From Vicugna vicugna (Eukaryota): a DNA stretch of 64,000 bases. Below the pieces are notes generated by a model. That model made no database searches, was not told where the DNA came from, and worked only from the letters and a program-made list of their open reading frames with translations. Of the stretch, positions 9,651 through 21,932 are shown in pieces (within the stretch, counting starts at the first letter, position 1; every line of letters starts with the position of its first letter). The position numbers and the translations under genes are program-made. The DNA is taken from NCBI GenBank assembly GCA_013265495.1, contig MU057796.1, forward strand, positions 1-64,000, given 5' to 3'.

Positions 9651-12600
9651 CAGAGAACGCCAGTGTGTGTGGGGTCTGTGCCCTGCCCAGCACACACCAT
9701 GGATGCCACTCAGAACTTGGACTTCTGCACTCCAGCTTCACTGTTGGAGCTGTTGAATGCAGCTGCCCACTCATGCCTCATCCTCTCCGTGAAGTCATGT
9801 ATTCGTTAAATTATAGCCATTAAGTGCTGTGATCCAGTTGGTGATTTGCATGGAGTGGCTGTAGAAGCCGGCCAGGTGTTTATGAATTTACTGGGAAGCA
9901 ATCATGAAAAAAATCTTTTGCATGGACTGATGTTCAGTTGAGTTTCTCCCCACCAGGCATCTGGTCAGATGCTCTTAATTTGGTGTGCACTCCAGTTGAG
10001 AGACAGTCTTTGTAAGACGCATGAGGACTCTTTCTCCTAACATCTGGCGGGGAGTGGAGTTTGGGGGAGGGCAAAAGTCACTGTATGTGGTGCCTTTTTC
10101 CTCCTACAAATGGGGAGACTGTATACTTGTCGGGCAAAGTGGGAAAGAAAGGATCCTCCATTTACGTCTTTGTTTTGAATATTATTAAGTCCTAATACTT
10201 TATTTGCATATAAGAAAGAAGCTAAAACAAGATCTAGATCCAAGAAATACAAAACTAGGTGCTTTGTTGCCTAATGTCTGCATCATTCACAAAGCGAGTT
10301 AATAGTTACATCTGAGGGGCTAGGAGTAGTGCCTGGCGCATGGTAACAGTCCATAGGGTTAGCTTTTATTATCATCATCGTTGTTTTACTTACGAATTCA
10401 TTTATTTCTTGACTGTGTGCCTTTTCTGCACCAGGAGCCTTGCCAGCGTGGGGATCAGCAGTGAAGGTCACAGCCCCCGGCCTTAAGGATGGGGGCAGAG
10501 CAGTTGTCAGTGACAGTGTCCAGCGGGGTCACTGATGGGTTGGCGGCTGTCAGTTGGCAGTGGGAGAGGGGGACAGGGAGCAGGTGAGATCCTCGGAAGG
10601 AAGGGTTCCTCTCCTGGGTAGTATGAGAGCTAAGACCCGATGCTGAGAAGGAATTGGTCAGACTCACAAGTAGAGGGAAGACGTCTCCGATGGTGAGAAT
10701 GACAGATGTGAAAGCTCAGAGTCAGGTTGCAGGTTGTTTGGTGTCACCAAGAGTAAGATGTGAGGCCGGGAGGGGAGAGACAGGCGGTGAGGCCAGGCAG
10801 AGCAGCCTGAAAGTCTGCTCTTACGTTGGATGAGCCTTTCCTGGGCTCTCAACTCTGTGCCAAGCACTGCTGTGGTCCTGCCCATCCACCCTGGGGAGCA
10901 TACATCACAGGTGGGGAAACAGCCTAAAAATACATAGATGTCTGTCGGCAGGAGTCAAGTGCTGATAAAGGGCGTGTGTGTCAGAGAAAGGAGCTGTGGT
11001 CTCATCCTGCCGCCCACTGGGGAGTTGGCACAGTGACGTGGCGGGTGTGCGGTGAGGTGGGAGGATTTCCCATAGGAAAGATCATGGTGGGGAGAGGTCA
11101 GAGGGGGTGTGACTTCAGATCAGGAGACACATAAGTTCTCTAGGTGAGCGTTCCTGGTGAACTAGGGCAGGAACACTGACGGCGGGGAGGGATTGCAAAT
11201 GAAAAGTATGCAGGAGGTAAAACTGACAAGACAGTACAGAGGGGAGGGGAGGGGAGGCCTGAAATAGAGGTGCAGGTAGAGACAGTTTTGTTCTACAGGT
11301 TTTGTTTGGCTTTGTTTTGTTCAAGGAGCCTTAGGACAGAGTTGGAAACTTTCCTTTATTACCCAGTGCATCTGAGTTGCCTCTTTGTTGACTTTGGAGC
11401 TGTTTGGCCCTCGGTGACTTATTGACTGTGTAAAGCTTTCTGTATTTAATTACATAACTGCACGGACGGGGTTGTCAAAGTCTGAATAAAATTCTTAGTT
11501 CTCTGGGAAAGGAATTAGGCTCGGTTTCCATAAATGGTATTACTGATGTCAAATGGCATAAAGAATTATACCTGCACAGCCCTGGTTAGGGCAAAGGCAT
11601 CAAGAACCCCTTAGAATGAACAGCTAGAATTTAAAAAAAATATATGCACAGGAGACCCTCCTACAGCAGAGCAATTAGGCCACACGTATGCATGATCCAA
11701 ACAGCACGTTCAACCGCAAGTTGCTTTTGTTTTGTTTTTATTCTGATCATTGAAAATCCGGCAAGAATTTTTGGACCATCTGAATAAACAGAGGAAAGTT
11801 GAATCATGCTTTTCATTTTTTTTGAATGTCATTCATTGTCCAGAGTTGTTTTGTTTGTTTGTTTTTAACAAAAAATGTAAAGCCACGTAGGTTACAAGTT
11901 GGTAATTATTTCAAGGATAACCTCATGGAAGGAGCATCATACCAGCTATTCTGGAATAACTTTCCAGCTGGTGAGATGGGGAAGCTTGTCTTGGGAAGAA
12001 TTCACAGTTTTCACTAAAGCCGAGTGTTGAGTGTTCATGGATTTGGACTTAGTTTTTCCCCCAAGTGTGTGAGTGGGTCACTGTGCAAGTGAGAAAAATA
12101 CTTGCCTTTTGGGCAGAAAGGCTTTATTGAATCAGGAGGAGCCTCTGAGGACCCCTGGAGTTCAGTGTTCCTAAAAGGAAGGGTTTGTGGGGGCCTTCCT
12201 GTAGCTTTTGGAGAAGACAAAGAGCAGAGACGCCCAACAGCCTTTGCTCTGGCTTTATGAAGTTCTCCATCATAGGCGGGCGTATTCTCATTTCCATATG
12301 CTTTGGAAAAATTGTCCTGGAGGCTGTTTTGCGAAGTGTAAAGTTAACCTGGGACTTGATACCCATCAAGAGGTGGAAATCACTCTTTTCTGGATTCCTC
12401 TTTCTGCTGTCAACTGTTTCTTAGGTGGCCTGGTTGATGGATGTGAGTAGGATTGTATCTAAACTGATAAGGATCAGTGTCTAAAATTATTAGTATTATT
12501 GTGTGTGTGGTGAAGGATAAAATTATTTTTAGTGTCACAGTTCCTCCCAAGTTTTAAATATTTGTCATCCTATATTAGATTAAAAAAATTTTAATCGGGT

Positions 12601-12711
12601 CTTTAAGTGTGTTCAGAGGGAGCCACGTTAAGGAAAATAAGAGTCTTGAAGGAAAAAAAGATAATAGAAAAAAATTTTTCCTTAGCTTTCGTTGGAGAGA
12701 TGTATGTATTT

Positions 12712-12920
12712 AAAATCTTTCAGTTGTGATGAAATATGCATAACGTAAATTTACCATTTTAACCATTTTAAGTTTATGATTCAGAAGCATGAAGTACATT
12801 CACATTGTTGCGCAGCCAATCTCTGCAAGTTTCTCATCTTGCAAAACTGAAACTCTATTCCCACTGAACAGTAACTCCTCATGACCCGCCTCCCTCAGCC
12901 TCTGGTAACCTCCATTCTAA
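12712..12920 (-). mobile_element. L1MB-like 3' end
   Basis: aaatttaccattttaaccattttaag...tacattcacattgttg...aaactgaaactct...ctctggtaacctccattcta. Confidence 0.85.
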
Positions 12921-13403
12921 GTGGAGATTATTTTGAACTACTATTAGTAGTACAAAACAAAAAACAGGATTTTTTTTTTTGTCTCCCACTGGGAGGAAAA
13001 AGTGAAATCAAATAAAGCAGAAGTCTGAAAACTACAAGGCTCCGTTGGTATCTTTTGAGGTCTTATTATCGCTACATCCATCAGGAAGTTTTTCTCTAGA
13101 AGAATGGATGTTTTGTGATGTCTTAGTTTTCTGCATGGAACAGTCACTGAGCATCAAGCGTTGGAGAAAGTGACAAACTAAGACATTTACAAACATTTCA
13201 TGAACATGGAGCTTCTCAGACTAGGATTCCTAGGCTGGTTAAAAGTGACACAAAGTGATTATGGAATTAACGGCCATCTTTGAAGCTTTCAGCCTCTCCC
13301 ACGAGGCTCCCAGGCCCGGGACACAGAGGTGAGCTGAGCAGTCTGTGTAAATACATGTTTCTGTGTTGTGTAACATCTTGCATTTTTTTTCCCCCAACAA
13401 CAG

Positions 13404-13522
13404 CATGAATAGACTGAACACCCTGCCTCGAGGATTCGGCTCACTCCCAGCTCTAGAGGTCCTTGATTTGACTTACAACAACTTGAATGAAAATTCTCTT
13501 CCTGGAAACTTCTTCTACCTGA
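13404..13522 (+). CDS. RSU1: RSU1 coding exon (exon 5 equivalent, 119 nt), MNRLNTLPRGFGSLPALEVLDLTYNNLNENSLPGNFFYL(T)
   Basis: Acceptor ttttttttcccccaacaacag ends at 13403; donor GA|gtatga starts at 13523. RSU1 LRR peptide, in frame with both neighbours. Confidence 0.97.
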
Positions 13523-13936
13523 GTATGAAACTTTTAATTCTATAAATCTCCTTAAAATGGTCCTTTGCGTTCTAAAAGTGAAATTTATTTGCCAGGGTCC
13601 AAACTCCAAGAGAAATTATTGGACATATATATTTTTTCCTCAGATTCCTTCTGAATATTCCCTCATAGCTCAGCAGTCTGTGTTTGATGTATAGTTACCT
13701 GACACCATTGCACTCACGTGGACTTAGTAATGTCATATTAAATTTCTGATGGAGATTTTTACCTAAATGAGATCAAGTCTCACATTTAGCTAGGGAACTT
13801 GACTTTCTTTTTAAAGAGCATCCAGAAAAAAAAAATAATAATAATACACGTGTCTTCCTAATGTTGCTATTAACTCTTTGTAGGCTTTTTGCCCAAAGAT
13901 AGTCCAATCAGTTATTTATAAAAATATCCATTATTA

Positions 13937-14080
13937 GAGGGGAGGTACAGCTCAGTGGTAGAGTGCATGCCTAGCATTCATGAGGTCCTGGGTTCAATCC
14001 CCAGTGCCTCCATTAAAATAAACAAACAAACAAACCTAATCACCTCCCTCCTCCGACCAAAAAAAAAAAAAGAAATTGAA
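13937..14080 (+). mobile_element. tRNA-derived SINE (camelid Vic-1-like)
   Basis: GGGGAGGTACAGCTCAGTGGTAGAGTGCATGCCTAGC...GGTCCTGGGTTCAATCCCCAGTGCCTCC, then aaacctaatcacctccc and poly-A. Degenerate TSD aaaatatccattatta / aaaaaatgcattaata. Confidence 0.9.
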
Positions 14081-15309
14081 AAAAAATGCATTAATAAACC
14101 TCTAATAGGAACTTTAAACATTTCCAGCCAGGATTCTCGTTTTAAGCTTTTTAAAAAGTTCTTTCTGACATAGTCTACTGTATGTGCAGTATACTATCAA
14201 AAATTAAGAAATTATAGATCACAGATGAACACACTTGGAACTTTTATAGGCAAGCATATTTCCTACTGCAGATGGAAAAAGAGGAAAAATTGATTTTTCC
14301 GAGAACTCATGAAATTTTTAGGGAAGAGTTGCTGTCTTTAAACGAATGTTCTGCTTCTCCAAATAGTGACCTATATGATATCCAGAAATTTTGATTTTTC
14401 CGAATTAGTCTCTAGTTTCGTTTTTTTACCTTACATAGACACTCTTTAATCCCAGACTTCTCATAAAGCACATGAAACCAACTTTAACAGTTTTCTTGAG
14501 CCGCGGAAGAAATTATTTTTCTTGGATATATTAACATGCAGTTCTGTTGAACTTTAAGATAATTGAATGTAATTGAACACTTATAAAGAAATACAGCATA
14601 CGTCAGATTATACTCTCCCTTTGGGTTAAGGTTGAAAAGATGCCTTGGGTTTTAGCCTTTAGTTGATGGGGGACTAGTATTGTATGGTATTCTGAACAAA
14701 TTGCTGATTACTGATAATCTGCCTAAGTTAGGGTTTTCTCTATTTTTGAAGCTCCCCGTCATTATTTCAGCTCCTTCACCTTCATTTATTTTTGCCGTTA
14801 AGGCTATAGAAACAATAATAGTTAGTCTGACTATGGAAACAGTGAACAGCGATCACAGCCTCCATCAGAGGAAAGCCTTTGGTTACTTATTTTTTGACCT
14901 AGTTTTCTGTTTATGGGAGCGAAGCGTTGGTATCAGGTGACATGGGAAGTTTCTTTTGTTTCGCTCTGGATGCAAATCAAACCCATAAATGCGAATCGGA
15001 AGTAATAGAAAAACAAGAGCTGTCTTTGCTGAGAGCGTATTGAAAACTCTGGGCCAGAAACTGCCGGTTGCCCACAGTTGTTAATTGTGTCAGTTCACTT
15101 GGATATAGATGTCTTCCTGAACACACCAGCTCCACAATCAGCCGGTAAATCTAAGTTTGACCTGCTTGTTATTATTGTGAGCCCTAGGTATGTCACAGGC
15201 TTTTCACCGAGCCAGGGTTATTAATCAAAGCTGACTCCCTCGTATTGATCAGACCTCAAGTGGCTGGGTTCCATGCCACCCTGTTTATATATTGCTGTTT
15301 AATTTGCAG

Positions 15310-15392
15310 CCACCCTGCGTGCACTCTATCTAAGTGACAACGATTTTGAAATCCTGCCGCCAGATATTGGGAAGCTCACAAAGTTGCAGATA
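15310..15392 (+). CDS. RSU1: RSU1 coding exon (exon 6 equivalent, 83 nt), TLRALYLSDNDFEILPPDIGKLTKLQI
   Basis: Acceptor gtttaatttgcag ends at 15309; donor ATA|gtaagt starts at 15393. Absent from the ORF track, read manually. Confidence 0.97.
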
Positions 15393-15671
15393 GTAAGTAA
15401 TTTATCTAAATTCTTAGAAAATCAATTCACTCCTGCAGCCCTGGGAGGAGTGGAATCGAGTCAATTTGAGCCGGAGTACAGTTTGTTTTGCAGGAATAAA
15501 ACCACTCCTCCCCAGTACTGTTCCTTGTTGGTCTGCAGACCCTGGTAAATAAAGGGAAAGGATTGAGCCTTCTAAGAAGACAGGGCACGGGGCCAGGACG
15601 AGTGTGTCTTTCGAGTGCCTGTTGATGTGAAAATTGTTCTGACAGCTCCTGTTTTTTTTTCTTCTCTTTAG

Positions 15672-15786
15672 CTCAGCCTTAGGGATAACGACCTGATCTC
15701 GCTGCCGAAGGAAATCGGGGAGCTTACTCAGCTTAAGGAGCTCCACATTCAGGGGAACCGCCTGACCGTTCTGCCCCCAGAACTCG
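15672..15786 (+). CDS. RSU1: RSU1 coding exon (exon 7 equivalent, 115 nt), [38 protein letters not shown](G)
   Basis: Acceptor tttttttttcttctctttag ends at 15671; donor G|gtaagg starts at 15787. RSU1 LRR peptide. Confidence 0.97.
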
Positions 15787-16071
15787 GTAAGGTTGCTGAT
15801 GAACGGTCTGTGTTCTGGGTTTAATTAGTAATAATGATCTGAGTGCTGCAGCTCTGAAAAAACCTTCTCTCCTCTTCTGGGCACATAGACTCCATCCAAG
15901 GCACCCAGTCCTGATACTTTTCTAGCAGCATTTGTCATCGACCAGGGGTTAGCTCTTCTGGGGTTGGACCTTCCCTGATGATTCATGGAGCAGCTGTGGT
16001 ACCAGTGTCTCAGGAGCTGCTGCTGAAAGGTGACCCAGCTCAGCTGCCTGCGTGGTGCAGCGAAAGGAGCC

Positions 16072-16404
16072 TGGGTGGTTCTTGGTCTCCCCAGGGCTCC
16101 TCCTTGACCAGGAGTGATCATTTTTTTTCCCCTTCTTTTTAAAGTCTAATCACTCTTATTTTTTTTTTGATCCCTTAATTTTTTATTTTAATCCCTCAAA
16201 CTTTTACCAAATGGTTAAAATATGTACAACAGCTAATGAGTGGTTCTCAGTCTCCCCAGGGCTCCTCCTTGACCAGGAGTGATCATTTTTTTTTTTCCCT
16301 TCTTTTTAAAGTCTAATCACTCTTATTTTTTTTTTTTTGATCCCTTAATTTTTTATTTTAATCCCTCAAACTTTTACCAAATGGTTAAAATATGTACGAC
16401 AGCT
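16072..16404. repeat. Diverged tandem duplication, about 165 bp x 2 (16072-16234 and 16237-16404)
   Basis: The copies differ by about 4 substitutions and in poly-T lengths. Confidence 0.92.
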
Positions 16405-16824
16405 GTATCTCCAGCCTTGATTTTGGTTCTCTGCTGCTGCCGTCTCCAGTGGGAACTGTTAAATATGTTCTCACTGGAAACTCTTTGGTCCTTCCACTGT
16501 GGCCCCTGAATCATCCCCCTCTGCCTGGTCATTCAGGTGGCCCTAAGCGCCTCTAGGCCTCCCTCGGACATAACGTCCAACCCATTTCCTCTTGTTCCTG
16601 AGGTTGTCCTTCTGGACATGTTCCATGAGTTCTCTTCTCCCGTGCAGACTCTGGGTAGCCTCTCATTTCTTCGCTACAGTCAACTGCATTGTTTCTCAAA
16701 CTAGAACTATTTGCTTTTCTGCTCCAAAATATCCCACAATTGAAAAAAGCACATTTGACCCAACATTCTTGAAGGAAGTAAATCCAGTGAGTCTGGTGGT
16801 TTTAAAGAGGCTGGTGGTTATTAT

Positions 16825-16950
16825 AAATGAGGATGGAAGTTCCATGAGAGCTGGGGGGTTGTGTGTGCTCCCCACGTATCCCCAGTGCTGGCCATGTGCG
16901 AGGCACCAGGTAGACACTCAAGGGATAAGTACCGAATGAGTTAATGAAAC
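16825..16950. mobile_element. L2 3' end fragment
   Basis: aagttccatgagagctgg...gtatccccagtgc...ggcaccaggtagacactcaa...gaatgagttaatgaa. Confidence 0.6.
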
Positions 16951-17011
16951 AAGGACCTCAAATAGCAAGGTGTCAGGAAGGTGACAAGCAAGCCAAGGCT
17001 GGCCTTTGCCT

Positions 17012-17150
17012 AGAGCTGTGCTGTCCAGCATGGAAGCCACAAGCCACATTTCAGGCGTTGAGGAACCACGTGTGGCTCATGGTTGCCTTATGGGAAAATT
17101 CAGGTAGAGAACATTTCCATGGGAGGGAAAGCTGTGTTGGGCAGCATGAG
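17012..17150. mobile_element. MER3/MER33-like DNA transposon remnant
   Basis: gtgctgtccagcatggaagccacaagccacat...cacgtgtggct...agaacatttccat...gttgggcagca. Confidence 0.55.
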
Positions 17151-17361
17151 TCTAAAAGAAGCATTCATGCAATTCCATGGAATAGATACAGCTTACCCCT
17201 GACCTTCCCGTCTGCTGTGGCTCCTTTGTTGCTGCCAAAGGTCTTGAGGAATTTGTCCTGATTTCAAGGACTGCAGAGTCACTCAGCTCCTTCCCAGAGT
17301 TACGGGTCATCCAGTCCTGTTGCATGAGATCAAGAGAAAATGTTCAGGAACATTTTTAAGG

Positions 17362-17392
17362 CAAAACAAAACAAAACAAAACAAAACAAAAC
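17362..17392. repeat. (CAAAA)6 pentanucleotide repeat
   Basis: Direct reading. Confidence 0.9.
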
Positions 17393-18094
17393 ACTTCTTA
17401 CCAAAGGAAAGATTCTGGACCGTGATAGCCAGCCACAGATGTTGGCATTAGTAATTCATGGGGAACTTCTGCAGGATGCAAACACCTGCTCCCTCCCTGA
17501 CCAACTGCGTGAGGCTACGTCTTGTGTAATTTGGTAAAACTCCCTTAGTGCTTCTGACCTTCGTCTTGGATTAGCATGATGAGGAGAAATGGTTAAAAAA
17601 ACGTGTTTTGTTGTTTTACTTCATTTTTCAAGCACGGGGGCAGTGTAGGGCATTGGATTAGTCAGTGATTTCTGTCAGCTAACAGTTTGGTAGGAAAACA
17701 GCTGATTGAACCCATGCGTACCTGTGTACCTGTACATTTTTAAATCTTACATTGCTTGTCCTGTTTAGATTCTGCACATGGTCGTGTTAGTCTTAACATT
17801 TTTCTGTTAACGCTCTCTAATACCAAACATATATTCAGGACTAGAATTGAAGATAGTCTTTTTTTTCTTTCTTTTTTTTTTTTTTTGAGGAGAAAGTCTT
17901 TAAATAAGTTGATTATTGCTAGCCATACCTAGAAAAGCTTTATTTCAGCATCTGCCTGGTGGCATTTCTCCCAAATTGCAAGGACACTTAGCTGTAAGTA
18001 AATGGTAAGCCCCTAGCTAAACTCAGGATAAAGGTAGGTGTATTATTTATTTTTGAACGGTGATTTTTTTTAAAGAATATGATGATAGTACTGT

Positions 18095-18310
18095 AATAAT
18101 AGCTGTTATAATAAGATGGACTGAGGCCTTATGTGCCAAGGCACTGTGGTAAGTGCTTTTCCTGTGCTGGCTCCTGTAATTGTCCAAAAATAGAAAGTGG
18201 ACCTTTTAGAGTTGAGGAAACTGAGGCTTAGGAAATGTTGGTGACGTGTGCATCGGGTCACAGCTGGTCACGGAGGCGAGATTCGAACCCTGACGCCCAG
18301 TTTTCCGGAT
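18095..18310 (-). mobile_element. MIR SINE
   Basis: tatgtgccaaggcactgtggtaagtgcttt...gaggaaactgaggcttagg...ggtcacagct...gagattcgaaccc. Confidence 0.8.
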
Positions 18311-19174
18311 CCATGTACCTGACCAGTGGGCTGCCCTCTTCCCGTCTGTGTGCCGGTAAGGATGCCTAGAAGGCCGTGTTTCCAAGTGTGAATGAAGCAC
18401 ACCACCTGCTCCCTGCCCCAGACAGTGGCAGAAGGAGAGGAGATTGAATGTGGTGACTTGTGAGGCTGGACCTCCCTGCTGGTGTGTGAGCAGCAGGGCT
18501 GGGATAACACTTTGCAGAATGCGGAGGAGGTGACCTCTGTGAAAGGAACTGATGCTCTGCTCTTCCAGCCCAGGCCGGTTGCGTTGTTCCCCTGGCTCTT
18601 CCCCCGCCAGTAAGCATCCAGCCACAGCAGGACTCTCTTTTGTCTGCCTGTGCGCCTGGTACCCAGGGTGGTCATCTGGACCGCCCTGGCTGGCCACGGG
18701 GCGGGGCTGGGGACCGTGTAACTTGAGGCTTGGATTGTCCGTCCCTGCAGCATCCTCTGGCTCCAGGCTTGCTCCTGGGTGTATTTGAAAAGATGGATAA
18801 TGATCTGACCCCTGAATATTCAACTTTTTACATATCTGAATAAACAAGAGAAATGCTTTTGAGACTTCTGCAGAATTTCCTTTAAAAATAAACCTGGAGT
18901 TTATTAACTTGAAACCTCGTTGGCAAGAGTTTTTGAAGCAAGCAAGGGAATCCAAATGGATTCTGACTTGTCAGGTCTGAGACTGTGCAGGGACACTGCG
19001 GAACAAAGTCCAGGCCTTGCGTGGAGTTTTAATATGTAATTGTATTACTTTCCTTCCGTTGCACAAACTTGAATAAATTACTTTACCTGTTATGTCTGGT
19101 TCCTCAACAGGAAAGCACTTGATTTTACGTTAGTCCATAGACCTATAGAAAATTAGGTATAGAGTGTGTCTGTC

Positions 19175-20480
19175 ATTCACCCATCCATTTCCTCATTCAT
19201 TCAGACATTAATTAAGTTCCTACTTGAGGCCAGGTCTTGTTTTGAAGGGACTTACTTTTCCAGTAACGTAGAATTCACTTATCCAGCAACCGTTTACTGA
19301 GTCCCTGCTTCATGTTTTATTTCCAGGGGATAGAAGAAGAGACAAAACACCCCTTGTAACATTTTGGTGGGTGAGGGAGGGAGGATGGATGGATGGATGG
19401 AAAGAGAACATAACACGTGATGTTAAATGCCCCGGGGGGAAAAAATGAGAACAGAAGAGACTCTCCAAGTGGTGGCGGGGAAAGGGGAATGTTACTTTAT
19501 TACGTGGAATCAACAGAGAAGGTCTTATCATACCTTGGTGTTGTTCAGTCACAGGCCTGAGGGAGGGAGCTTTCCTGGTAGAGGGGACAGCAGGTGCAGA
19601 GGTCCTGAGATGGGCTTGTGTGCTGAGGAGCAGCCAGAAGGCTAGTGTGGCTGGAGCCGGCTGAGCGAGGAGGAGAGTTGGAAGAGTTGGACTTTGACAG
19701 GGAATGGGGACTAGATCACATGGGAACTTGTGGGGCGTTGTGAGAACTTTGGCTTCTGCTCTGAGTGAGATGGTGTGGGAGGCTGAATAATGGCTTCCCA
19801 GAGATGCCCTGTCCTCGTGACCAGAATCTGGGAGAATGCTGTTTTGCATGGTTAAGGGACTTTGCAGATGTGATGTCCCATCTAGAAATGGGGAGATCAC
19901 CCTGGATCACCAAGGGGAGCCCAGGGTAATTGTGAGGGTCCTTAGAAGGGGGAGGCAGGAGGGTCAGAGACAGCAGTAGAAGATCTGGGGACAGAGTCAG
20001 GAGGTTGGAGTTGGGCGTGGAAGGGGCCATGCACCAAGGACAGTGGCGGCCTCCAGAAGCTGAGAATGGCAAGGACCTGGATTTTCCCCAGGAGCCTCCA
20101 GAAGGAAGGCAGCCCTTCTGCATTCATCCAGGTGGCAGTAATGTTAGATTCTGGTGTTCCAGAGGCGGAACCAACAGGAATTGGTGATGATTTCAATGAT
20201 GAAGGAGGGAGCAAAGAGTGACTGGGTCTTAGGGAACTAAGAAGATGAGGAAGGTAGCGGGAAGGGTAGGTTGAGGAGATGGAGGAGGAGAGGAGCTGAG
20301 TTTTGGATTCCTAGAGGTTTGAGCTGCTTTTTGGGTATCTAATCAAGAAGGCAACTGGATATTAGACTCCAGGGTCGAGAGGAAGGGTCTGGGCTGCATC
20401 TGAATTTTGGGCATCATTACCATAAACATAATACCACAGGTCGGTTGAGGTCCCTTGGACGTGACGGTGGAGTGTAGAAC
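19175..20480 (-). mobile_element. L2 LINE fragments, interrupted by an MLT1 LTR
   Basis: cattcattcagacattaattaagttcctac...; aggggacagcaggtgcagaggtcctgag; ttggcttctgctctgagtgagatgg. L2-like sequence resumes after about 20120. Confidence 0.65.
19774..20118 (+). mobile_element. MLT1 (MaLR) LTR, MLT1D-like
   Basis: tgtgggaggctgaataatgg...agggactttgcagatgtgat...ggcctccagaagctgagaatggcaagga...gagcctccagaagga. Confidence 0.8.
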
Positions 20481-21779
20481 ACAGAGCCGTGTAGCACTCT
20501 GGTTCCTAAGCCCTGAAGCCAGAGAATCAGGGACCTATAAGGGTTCTGTCGCTTAGGCATCTGTGGCCAAGTCAGGGACCATAGTCTCCCCTCTTTGGCC
20601 CCATCATGACTCGTCAGTGCTCACGCAGTGAGAGTGCTTTTGCATGGTAGGAAAAATGTTTTCCCGACCCGAGCAGCTAACTCTGCCAGCAAAGGGGTGA
20701 AACAGACATGATTGAAATCTCCTGAGCCTGCCTGTCTCCGCAGCTCTCCTCTGGACCAGTATTTTCAGCCAGCATCTCTTCTCTCCTTCTAAAAAGCAGC
20801 AGGGTGACTGACGGAAGTTTTCACCCACTTTTAATTCATGGCAGAACTCAGGGGTGCAGTGGAGACAAGGCCCACACTGGTGGGGGAGGAAGGAGAGACA
20901 GGTGTCCTGACCCATCCTCAGGACGGGTAAAGCCCCAGAGTAAACAGCCTAACGGTGATCTCAGAAACGGTGGCTCCGCGAGCTGTACTCTGTGCAGATT
21001 CTGTATTTTCTCACCCACAGGTGAGACTTAACGAGTCTTCAGTGCAGAAGATGGGAAACATGTCTTTACATGGTCTCTTTCCTGAGTTTTCCGGGATTCA
21101 GTTGCTTGCACTTGGTGGAGTCATTTCTGGCTTCTTGGCTTCTAGACAGTCATGGGACCTCTTCTGCGTTTGTCACCCAGATAACTTGCCTTTGGAGAAG
21201 GAAATGGCGTTGGTCCGCCAGGCATGCCGCAAAGCGAAGTGTTTTTAGACATCGGAACCTTACCTGCACCAGTTTGCCAGCCTGTGACGGGGATGCGTGC
21301 GTCACTACACAGACCTGGGCCAGCTGGCTTAGCGTCCTGGTCTCCGTGCTGCTAGTCAAGTAGCAGTTTTTATTAAGAAGCATCAGAAGCTTGTGTATTC
21401 TTTCTCGCCTGTTTGTGAAGAGTGGAAACACACGTTAATCCCATTCAGAGAGTATGTGATGTCATGTGTTGAGAGTTTCCTTCTGACTGTCGTCTCCAGA
21501 ATGAGCAGAATCAGGAAGGAGTGAGCCTGCAATCCTTCCTGTCACACCTCTTAATCCTTTTCTTAATGGTGCTGAGAAGCTCAGGAAAAATAACGTTCTC
21601 ACGTGAGGCAGAAGAAAAGGAAACACAGTATTCTGTTTTTGACCCATTAAGTCCCTGATTATAAATGTCTTATCACCCAGTGTTATTGTCACTCTGTCCA
21701 TGGGCTGTTGATGATCTTACCCAGAGGTTTAAGGCGTGTTTCAGTGTACATGGTTGGTTATGGATGAGACTTTGTCTCT

Positions 21780-21932
21780 TCATCCCTGTGCTGGGGTTCA
21801 AATCTCACCCCCCCCCAATTCCTTGCTCTGTGATTGTGGACAAGTCATTTTACTTCCTACGCCTTGTGTAGAATGAGGGTAGTAGTAACCCCCCCCCTCC
21901 TAGTATTGTTGTGAGGATTAAAAGAATAATAC
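21780..21932 (+). mobile_element. MIR fragment
   Basis: ggggttcaaatctcacc...tgtgattgtggacaagtcattt...gttgtgaggattaaaaga. Confidence 0.7.

Noticed and set aside
13937..14012. tRNA-like sequence with A and B boxes (also at 1321, 26771 and 55040)
   Set aside because: Tails, TSDs and multiple diverged copies identify these as SINEs, not tRNA genes.
18206..18955. Longest ORF in the track (249 aa, minus strand)
   Set aside because: Starts at a non-ATG codon, runs into a MIR and resembles no protein family I know. It is consistent with a chance ORF in GC-rich intron.
19310..20214. Overlapping ORFs of 196, 135 and 90 aa
   Set aside because: They lie within decayed L2 and MLT1 sequence.
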